A stretch of DNA of 64,000 bases, taken from IMG/VR virus record IMGVR_UViG_3300028887_000001, positions 220,088-284,087 of that record, one strand, 5' to 3'. A program made the position numbers and the translations under genes. This document shows positions 56,244 to 64,000 of this stretch, piece after piece (position 1 is the stretch's first letter; the number at the start of each line of letters is the position of its first letter). The notes under the pieces are model-generated. The model was not told where the DNA came from. It saw only the letters and a list, made by a program, of their open reading frames with translations, and ran no database searches. This stretch comes from a virus. Lineage: Duplodnaviria > Heunggongvirae > Uroviricota > Caudoviricetes.

Positions 56244-59200
56244 CTATGCAACAGGAACAACATTTGCACCTGGCTCTTGGAATTCAGGGTGCCTCCATAT
56301 TGCAACGGATGGGTTACCCCTTCCATTATAACCATTATAAACCCAAATACCTCTCTGTATGAAATCACTCCTCCAATCGTGTCCGGTCCACATTTGCGCG
56401 TGTGAGGTTGCCCCATTTTTGCTATATGCGTGTATTGTGCAAACGTCACCAGGGCATAAACTTGATTGTGGCAAAGCGATTGCTCCTTCCTTTGTTCCGG
56501 CCCAAACACATACAAAGCCCCTTGAATTTAGATAAGCCTTTGTTGCCTCGAATGTGGAAGTGTTAACCTTCATTGGAGACCACCAACTATTTGCACTCAA
56601 CAAACCTTGCTTAGCCCTATTGTACCATGTTGTTGGTCCTGATGTGCAACAACCATGACCGCCGTCCATACTTATTTTATAGTTTTTTCCAAGTTTTGCA
56701 CTGTCTATATGATTAACATCATACAAAACAGCCTTCATCAATGGATTGGTTACTTCTCCAGAGAACCCTTCAATTTTTCCAACAGGCTTGGGGTCACCCA
56801 TACAATCATCACATGGCTGTACGATTCTATTGTCGGTTGATATTCCAAACCATTCTTCAACGTCACTATCTGGTGCTGTTATTGACCTACAAACAGATTT
56901 TATTGCAGATGCTGTGTTGATGTTCTTTGATTTGAAGTATTTCTCCAGACTTATTCTTAAGCTTTCGTTAAGCTCGTCTTTATTCGTTATCTGAGCCATT
57001 TTCTTCCCATTAACATCAACCGCCGTGACTTCTATTACCAATGAAGACGGCTTTTTCTTCACAACCTCAACCGTAACAGAGTTTGCATCTCCATTTATTG
57101 ACTGTTTGCCGACATCCCACGCAATCTTATCAAACCAATCCGAATATGTATTAAGTAGGCAATCAAAGAGTGCGTTGGTGTTTTCTCTGCTTCCAGCTTT
57201 AAGGGTATAATACTTACCAGTATTTGTCATTGTCACACTAACATCAGCATACTTCTTGCTTGATTTTAAAGAATACTCGGCAGACTTCCTTAAACCTTCT
57301 GCCACCTCATCAATTGTTTTTTCTGTGTTTGTGTCGTCTTCCTTTATCTCAATTTTTTGCTTTGCATCTATTGCCGTGTTAACCCACTTACCATTTTCTG
57401 ACCATCTGTTTGCTCTCTTTTCGGGTCTTTCGAAGTTATCTAACCAATAATAAGCTGCTTCTGAAGCTGTTCTACAATTCTTTATGCCACTACATGTTGT
57501 TTTTATTTTCTGGCAAATATAATCGACCTGGATTTCAAATGGTATTGGGAACGACAAGCCCATTTCTCTAATCTTTGCGGTATTCTTTGAGCTGCATGGC
57601 TTTGGGTTTTCTTTCCAAATTGGTTCTAGCTTTGCGTTTAGGTTGGCTATTTCTTGCTGATACCTAGATTCTCCATAATAGTCTCTGAATAACTGACACC
57701 CCTCAGCACCATTTGCAGTATAAAAACCACACAATCCACCACCGGCGCTGTGCTGTCCCTTGCTATTTCCATCTATTGTTAACACATATGGGTCGAAACG
57801 GCTTTCTGCAACAATGTTCGCACAAATACCCCTCGCCTGTTGGTCTGTTAAACCTGGGTATTCGAAATTCTGATACATCTTGCTTGACTTTGTACCAGTT
57901 TTCGTTAAAATCTTATATACTGCATAACAATACGCTTGCGCATCTGCATTTGTTGGAACCTTAACCTCTCTCTGTAATGGGTCGTTATAAGAATATGGGC
58001 AGTCATTTCCTATATCAGAGAATGATGATGGTGGTTCATAATTAGATTCATATCTTCCATATTGTGATGATGTTGTTGAATCGAGGGAACCTCCAAATAT
58101 TGGGTTAGTCACCGCCCTGGTTGCAGTCCTTGCCATTCTGACACCCTTAAACGTTGTTGTCATAAATCCTGGCTGTATTTGGTGGTTTACCTTAACTATC
58201 ATGTAACTACCCCTGAACATTGGAACATTCTTAAGGACGAAATACATCATTGGCTGAACCCAGGCACAACCCATCATTGTAACTGTACATGTATATGAGT
58301 TGTTTGCATATATTGTGTACAAATCCTGACCGGCTGTTATTGTCTGTGTTCCCTGATTTCCAGTATCTGTGCTTGCGCCAGCAATAAGGAACTTTGCCCT
58401 GATTGACTGTTCTGTTGCCATTGGAGAGTTCATGTCAACCTGTATATTGGTGAAATAATTCTGGTACTGCTGTCCATAACATACACCAAATGCTGGCATT
58501 GGACTTCCTCCTTTTTTACCCCTTATGCATTCTGGCCAATTTGCCTCATTATCATCATCGAGATAGAAACCATCATCAGGATAATCAGCGCCCTCAACAT
58601 CTAACTTGCTAGATGACTCATATGGGTGTAATACAATGAAATTAGGCATGTTTGTTGGATAATCCCCCATTTCAATGTATGGTATTGGTTTAAACATTGT
58701 GTCCAAATTGTCGCTCTTTGAAAAATCAAGGAAATTCTGAACACAAACAAAAAGGAATTTATTATCAGCATAAAGTTGTGATAATAATGACAATAATGTA
58801 TATCCAGCATTTGTTTTTGATTCTATAAGTCTATCCACAATCGTTTCCAGATTCAAATACATTGTTTGGCCAATCTTTGAATAGAATGAATCAATAAAGT
58901 GGAAAGCTGGGCCATTGCCATCAACATTGCCAAACATGCGCTCAATAGTGTAGAAACCCTTCTGGTTATTGTTTGCCAACCACTTATCGTGTAAGAGTTT
59001 AATGTAATTATACACACCAACCTTTATGTCGTCTGGGTCTGTATTTATTTCAACACTAACCGTTTCATCAGTTCCACCAGTTTCGCTTTTATTTATACCA
59101 CCCCTTAAAACGTCTATTATGCCATCAAAATAACCAATTAGGTCGTTTTCTGTTAAGTATGGGCTTGCAATACCACTTGTTCCCCTTATGAAGTCTTCGT

Positions 59201-62200
59201 TACTTGAGTTGAACTTTGTTGTTGTACAAACAGCGACAACATCCATTAAACGTTCTGTCAATTCGCTTAATTTTTTTGTTGGTTTTGATACCAATATGAT
59301 ATCTTGTTCAATTCCATTTGTCCCACCAAACACTATACCGGTTAACAAACCAAAACCCGGTATTATTGTATTGCCAAGAATTCCTCCGAAACCAGCATTC
59401 GCCGCTGTTGATTTATAGTTTACAGACTTTACTATCGCATATCTTTCCTGAAACTTGTTTGAACCATCTTCTGTCAAGAAAGATATTATGGTGTTTAATA
59501 TTTTCGTTTCATTTGCACCATTCTTTATTTTATTCAATGCACTTATTAAATCATCAACATTAAGACCTGTTTTGAACTCAAGTGTAAAATAATCACACAA
59601 ATCTTTAAATTCCTGAGAACTACTCCACTCATCAAAATAATCCGTATAAAAATCGACAATAGATTTCCTTATATTCTTTATTTTATTACCCTCTTTTTTT
59701 AAGTAAGCGCCATCAGCCAATATTGCGCACTTTGGAAGATATATTGTTCTTGGGTTTCTTACTTTTAATATATCAAAACTATTCTTATTGTCCTTGAATA
59801 GTGCTAGTGCTAGTGCCATAGCCTTATCATGGACTTCTTTTGATAAAAATGTTTTATTTATGAACAGATTCTTTGTGCTGAGTCCATAACCTTCAGATTC
59901 GCCATATTTTATGCTTGCTTTACCATCTGAATCATATTCAACAGCATCCGAAATTTTCTTTTCTTCTCCATCCATATTAAAGAATCTAAGGCTTGAATTT
60001 TCAAATCCGCTAAACTCAAAATTTGAATCCTTAAAAACACCATCCCCAACTTCTTTATACTTTGATTCAGATATTAACTCGTATCTCGATTTCAAATATT
60101 GAACTGGTGTTTCTAACGATTTTATTATGTCACTTGTTTTGTTGTCCTTCGTTACCCATGTTGTTGTTATATAACAGTTCGACAAATCTTTTTTTACAAG
60201 CCCCCCATTTTCGCCTCTAAAACTCGATAATTCTTTAAAATCCCAATTCTTAATAGCAAAAACATTTTTCCGCTCTCCATATTCACCACAAGAAAGCTTA
60301 TAGTATTTTGTTCCATAATTGTTATTGTAGGCAACTGTTACTAGGGACTCATTATAACCCCACGGGTTGCTGCTCTTTGATTTATCTATTAAATTGTCTT
60401 TTGATGAAATAAAATCGAAAACTTGTTTTCCTGTCAATGATTTTACAATATCCGATAATCTTGATAAATCATTTTTATTATTATATTTTTCCAAGAAATT
60501 CTCAGCATCAGCCCTTCCGTATGAACTTGTTTGCTGATTCGTAATTCTTTGTGTTGCTAAAACAGAAAACGCCCTTACACAAAATCTTGCAAATACCTCA
60601 TTTGTATCACCAAAATTTATGTCATTTCCAAACACAGAATCATCTTCCTTTAAGAAAAGGTCAAAATAAGTTAACGGATATTTTATACCAGGTTTTTCTT
60701 CTTCAGGTGGGCTATACAAACCATCTGGTGTAAGTTCTCCACTAACTTGTTGTGCTTCTGATATGCCATTTAACAAGCCCTCAACAAGCTTTATTTCCTC
60801 AAAAACATCTCGTGACGCTCCTGGTATAGCCCCAATCCACTCATCTTGCCATCTTGTTACTTCTGGGTCATCTTTTGATGTTGCTTTGTTAACAACCTTT
60901 GGGAATGGTGCCAATACTGTGTCTTGCGTTACTCTTGTTGGGTTATTTTTCCCTGCGTCTGGGAAGAAGTCATAATTCAACTTTAAGTTTTTAAAACATC
61001 TTTGTGTTCCCAACGCACTGATGTTATTTGCGCACCTCTCTATCATGTATACAAATGTCTCAACATGAGCCATAAGTATTTTTGTTATGTTTTCTACCGT
61101 TGGCTCAAAATTAAAATGCTTTTGAAAACTTACATTTAATAACTCTGTTTGTAATTTCTCTCTGGCCTTTTCAACATCTTCTCCATTTGAGTTTGCACTT
61201 TGATTGGCATGTATTGCATCATTAAGACCAAAGTCTTGATACACGATTACTTGACTTGAGTTATCGTACCAATGTTCGTTGTCTATCCAGGCATCATAAT
61301 ATTTCTTATATCTTTTAGAACCCCTTTCTGTATACCCAATACAATCCTCATCTGCCTTTTTGTCTATTTTATTTCTTAACCCAGCATCTTTGATTAGCGA
61401 TTCTTTTATTTTGTGATTGGAATCTATCATGTCATCATAATCGCCAAAATCAATGATTTCAACATTTCCATACTTTCCATTCCAATCTTGAAGCCTTGTA
61501 CTGTGTTTGGTGTTATCATCAATTGCGCTATTAAGTGTTTTTAATTCCTTGTCATTTAATAATTCTTTAAGTTCATCTGGTATTGTGTCACAAATGAATG
61601 CAACGCTATTTGTTGGGCTTCCGTTTTCCTCACCCCAAATAGTTGCATCACCATGGTGCCTATCTGTTCCATTTAATACTTCTTCAACCTCTTTAAACTT
61701 TGCCATCAGTTCATCATACATTGTTGCAACCTTTTGTATATTTTCGTCGGTTGTGGAAAGTGTTTCAACAACATTCTCTGGCATCCCAACTGATTGTGCC
61801 AATTCCCCAAGTGGCGCATTTTCCATGGTTTTTGCAACATCTTCTTGTATGTTTTTGTACTCCTTACATATTTCGCTCAGTGTAGGCATTTCAAAAGAAC
61901 CAATTTTGAATCTCCCATTGTCAATATTGTCTTCCCAATATTCTTTGCCAATGTATTCACTATACGGTGCTGCCAATAATCCGGCTACCATCACATCATT
62001 CAAGAAAGAAAATGCATAACCTATGAATCTTGCCGTAACATTAAAGTTTCCAGTGGTTGAATCAAATGCCGACCTGAAATCAGAACAAGTTAATTCGTAT
62101 GACACCATTTTCCCATAAAAACCCTTAACATACAACGTAAACTTCGGATATGGGAATGTGAAGAATGCCTTGAAAAATGAACCATCTATGTCATTGTCAG

Positions 62201-62693
62201 CAATACCGTTAATGTCCCCCTTTGATAAATGGTGACGCATTTCTTCCTGAGCAAATAATGAAACACCCCTTACATCAATGAAGTTAATTGTTACCTCTGG
62301 AACCATCATGTTGTCATAACTAACGTCAATAGACTTTATTCCAAACATTTCACAGGTTCCATTTTCTTCAATGTCCTTTAAATATGTTTCAGTGAAACTT
62401 GTTGTTAATAAATTCACTTCACCATGATTTGCCGTCTTGACCTTTGTTCCCTGAAGGAATGAAATATGACTATCCCCATTGACACCACTTTGCCACACAA
62501 GCCTTAATGTCTTGTCTTCTCCTGTGTCCTGTGTTCTTCCTTTAACCTCTACTTCAAGGCCAATAACAACACACATATCCTCAAGGTCAATAGATTTATA
62601 TACCTGACCATTGTTTGCCGAATTATAAGACGAGTAGTCTTCCGTCATATTTGGTTCGACATATATTACCTTATCTGTTACAAATTTTGGCAT
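56244..62693 (-). CDS. Baseplate hub-like / tail-associated cell-wall hydrolase (2149 aa) with tail lysozyme and C-terminal NlpC/P60-CHAP-like amidase domains
   Basis: GICANIVAESRFDP...YWLDNFERP (tail lysozyme-like) and GCCTSG...GDVC...HAQMWTGHDWRSDFIQ (Cys-His amidase-like). Confidence 0.75.
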   Translation of the reverse strand: MPKFVTDKVIYVEPNMTEDYSSYNSANNGQVYKSIDLEDMCVVIGLEVEVKGRTQDTGEDKTLRLVWQSGVNGDSHISFLQGTKVKTANHGEVNLLTTSFTETYLKDIEENGTCEMFGIKSIDVSYDNMMVPEVTINFIDVRGVSLFAQEEMRHHLSKGDINGIADNDIDGSFFKAFFTFPYPKFTLYVKGFYGKMVSYELTCSDFRSAFDSTTGNFNVTARFIGYAFSFLNDVMVAGLLAAPYSEYIGKEYWEDNIDNGRFKIGSFEMPTLSEICKEYKNIQEDVAKTMENAPLGELAQSVGMPENVVETLSTTDENIQKVATMYDELMAKFKEVEEVLNGTDRHHGDATIWGEENGSPTNSVAFICDTIPDELKELLNDKELKTLNSAIDDNTKHSTRLQDWNGKYGNVEIIDFGDYDDMIDSNHKIKESLIKDAGLRNKIDKKADEDCIGYTERGSKRYKKYYDAWIDNEHWYDNSSQVIVYQDFGLNDAIHANQSANSNGEDVEKAREKLQTELLNVSFQKHFNFEPTVENITKILMAHVETFVYMIERCANNISALGTQRCFKNLKLNYDFFPDAGKNNPTRVTQDTVLAPFPKVVNKATSKDDPEVTRWQDEWIGAIPGASRDVFEEIKLVEGLLNGISEAQQVSGELTPDGLYSPPEEEKPGIKYPLTYFDLFLKEDDSVFGNDINFGDTNEVFARFCVRAFSVLATQRITNQQTSSYGRADAENFLEKYNNKNDLSRLSDIVKSLTGKQVFDFISSKDNLIDKSKSSNPWGYNESLVTVAYNNNYGTKYYKLSCGEYGERKNVFAIKNWDFKELSSFRGENGGLVKKDLSNCYITTTWVTKDNKTSDIIKSLETPVQYLKSRYELISESKYKEVGDGVFKDSNFEFSGFENSSLRFFNMDGEEKKISDAVEYDSDGKASIKYGESEGYGLSTKNLFINKTFLSKEVHDKAMALALALFKDNKNSFDILKVRNPRTIYLPKCAILADGAYLKKEGNKIKNIRKSIVDFYTDYFDEWSSSQEFKDLCDYFTLEFKTGLNVDDLISALNKIKNGANETKILNTIISFLTEDGSNKFQERYAIVKSVNYKSTAANAGFGGILGNTIIPGFGLLTGIVFGGTNGIEQDIILVSKPTKKLSELTERLMDVVAVCTTTKFNSSNEDFIRGTSGIASPYLTENDLIGYFDGIIDVLRGGINKSETGGTDETVSVEINTDPDDIKVGVYNYIKLLHDKWLANNNQKGFYTIERMFGNVDGNGPAFHFIDSFYSKIGQTMYLNLETIVDRLIESKTNAGYTLLSLLSQLYADNKFLFVCVQNFLDFSKSDNLDTMFKPIPYIEMGDYPTNMPNFIVLHPYESSSKLDVEGADYPDDGFYLDDDNEANWPECIRGKKGGSPMPAFGVCYGQQYQNYFTNIQVDMNSPMATEQSIRAKFLIAGASTDTGNQGTQTITAGQDLYTIYANNSYTCTVTMMGCAWVQPMMYFVLKNVPMFRGSYMIVKVNHQIQPGFMTTTFKGVRMARTATRAVTNPIFGGSLDSTTSSQYGRYESNYEPPSSFSDIGNDCPYSYNDPLQREVKVPTNADAQAYCYAVYKILTKTGTKSSKMYQNFEYPGLTDQQARGICANIVAESRFDPYVLTIDGNSKGQHSAGGGLCGFYTANGAEGCQLFRDYYGESRYQQEIANLNAKLEPIWKENPKPCSSKNTAKIREMGLSFPIPFEIQVDYICQKIKTTCSGIKNCRTASEAAYYWLDNFERPEKRANRWSENGKWVNTAIDAKQKIEIKEDDTNTEKTIDEVAEGLRKSAEYSLKSSKKYADVSVTMTNTGKYYTLKAGSRENTNALFDCLLNTYSDWFDKIAWDVGKQSINGDANSVTVEVVKKKPSSLVIEVTAVDVNGKKMAQITNKDELNESLRISLEKYFKSKNINTASAIKSVCRSITAPDSDVEEWFGISTDNRIVQPCDDCMGDPKPVGKIEGFSGEVTNPLMKAVLYDVNHIDSAKLGKNYKISMDGGHGCCTSGPTTWYNRAKQGLLSANSWWSPMKVNTSTFEATKAYLNSRGFVCVWAGTKEGAIALPQSSLCPGDVCTIHAYSKNGATSHAQMWTGHDWRSDFIQRGIWVYNGYNGRGNPSVAIWRHPEFQEPGANVVPVA

Positions 62694-63016
62694 TAATCAG
62701 AATTTTCAATTATATAATATGCTTTTATATCGTTCTCATACTGAGATATGGCAATCTCTAATGGGAATGGTATTCTTATTTGTGTTCCGTTTTCAATCAT
62801 AAATTCAAGACTTGGAAGATGTGGATTTGCCTGTAATATTAACCAACCATAACTTGGGTCGCCATAATATTGATATGACAATAAATCCATCCTGGAATTA
62901 TAACCATCCCAATATGCATACTTATCACTAGCCCTCTTCGGTATTTTAATGAATGGAACTACTTTTACATTACCGCTATCAGTCACAAATGATTTATATC
63001 TATTATACGTTGCCAT
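62693..63016 (-). CDS. Baseplate wedge protein, gp53/LysM-like (TailX)
   Basis: RMDLLSYQYYGDPSYGWLILQANP motif; TAATG coupling to the next gene. Confidence 0.8.
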   Translation of the reverse strand: MATYNRYKSFVTDSGNVKVVPFIKIPKRASDKYAYWDGYNSRMDLLSYQYYGDPSYGWLILQANPHLPSLEFMIENGTQIRIPFPLEIAISQYENDIKAYYIIENSD

Positions 63017-63019
63017 GTT

Positions 63020-64000
63020 CTATTTTTTTATATATGGGTCATAAGAGAAAAACCTTTGAACCCTTCCATTATCGCCATATTCTATTGCTTCAGACCTATT
63101 ATCATAAACACCAGCGTTTGCATAATAATTAAACGATGTTGCGTTTTGTAACCTCTGAATTGGACCACCAAGGTCACTTCCTCCGATAAAGTTAAATTGA
63201 AGCGTTATGTTTGCAATCATTGGCATCACACCAATACCTTCTTGATTCAAATCCCATACAAGTGGGTCATAATCAATCGTCATGCTTGTGATAACTATCT
63301 TTGTGTTATAGAAATCACCAACCCTTAAAACACAAACAGGTGGTCTACCAAAAGCCAAATTGTTTGGGTTGTGTTTTTTCATTCCACTTGTGTCTGATGA
63401 ACTTATTGTTGGGCCCTGTCTCATACACTGATTTAAGAAGGTTAACCTTGCGTTGAAACCCTCTGGGCTCATTGAATGGAATACTGGGTCAAAATTATTG
63501 ATTCTTTCACTAAGAAGCTTTTTAATGAACGGCTCTTCCTCTGTTAATTTCTTAAAGAAAAGATATTCGTTGTCATACCTATAACTTGCTTCTACTGGAA
63601 ATGTTCTACCATTTTCTTTTACATTATCTTCTATTTTGGCCTGTGTTGCCTCTTCTGACAACACATTTGAGTTGTTTTCTGCTTTTCCACTTTCATCAAC
63701 AGAAACATTTGTTTGGCTTCCATCAACGACATCATCACCGCCATATGTGATTCTAACTATTGCACACCTTGTTAATTTCGCTTCTTTCTCGTTTGAATCC
63801 TTTTGGTTGTATTCCTTGTTTGCGTCAATTGTATATGTGTCGCCACTTGCATAATGAATTGATTCATTCTTTAATTTTGATTGTAGCCACGTCCTAACGG
63901 TTTTTGCTCTTTGCTTTGCCAGTTTTGTGTTTCTTTTCTTGTTTGTGGCTGTGCTTTCATTATTAGCCTGGCTTGATGCCATACCCTCACAAGATATGTT
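63020..64000 (-). CDS. Partial baseplate/tail protein with an OmpA-like peptidoglycan-binding domain; begins beyond the window
   Basis: Frame is open to 64000 (NISCEGMASS...). NTKLAKQRAKTV...RCAIVRI fits the OmpA C-terminal signature, followed by a PVCVLRVGDFYNTKIVI tail-tube-initiator-like region. Confidence 0.7.
   Translation of the reverse strand, partial: NISCEGMASSQANNESTATNKKRNTKLAKQRAKTVRTWLQSKLKNESIHYASGDTYTIDANKEYNQKDSNEKEAKLTRCAIVRITYGGDDVVDGSQTNVSVDESGKAENNSNVLSEEATQAKIEDNVKENGRTFPVEASYRYDNEYLFFKKLTEEEPFIKKLLSERINNFDPVFHSMSPEGFNARLTFLNQCMRQGPTISSSDTSGMKKHNPNNLAFGRPPVCVLRVGDFYNTKIVITSMTIDYDPLVWDLNQEGIGVMPMIANITLQFNFIGGSDLGGPIQRLQNATSFNYYANAGVYDNRSEAIEYGDNGRVQRFFSYDPYIKK

Noticed and set aside
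1-64000. tRNA, rRNA, CRISPR arrays or introns
   Set aside because: No tRNA T-loop or cloverleaf signatures, spaced direct repeats or split conserved genes (other than the intein) were seen by eye; a covariance-model scan would be needed to exclude them fully.

Overview
This 64-kb AT-rich window is part of a large T4-like (myovirus-type) phage genome read in the standard genetic code, with most genes on the minus strand. It holds a baseplate/tail module (including a 3499-aa repeat protein, gp6-like and gp25-like wedge proteins, a 2149-aa hub-like protein with two cell-wall hydrolase domains, and a beta-helix tail fibre). The head module comprises neck, portal, terminase, a 650-aa major capsid protein, scaffold and an intein-split prohead protease. 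Replication and recombination genes are nrdD, nrdG, thioredoxin, helicase, 5'-3' exonuclease, UvsX/RecA and gp32. Eight TAnnTTTG promoters and the class III reductase point to an anaerobic Bacteroidota host. A second motif, (GA)TATTTATA, precedes head and structural genes. The most notable unexplained pattern is four unrelated proteins, encoded separately near the head genes, that share a ~25-aa N-terminal leader (LTESDLHxIVxESVxxIL-x-E) ending in a T4-gp21-type cleavage site. I interpret this as a candidate modular capsid-loading tag for injected cargo. Also notable are a peptide module shared by the capsid protein and a tail-region protein, strong S-G-x-T enrichment in virion proteins, and a start-less kinase-like remnant. 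All calls rest on motif recognition by eye; no database searches were run. No tRNA, rRNA or CRISPR array was seen.
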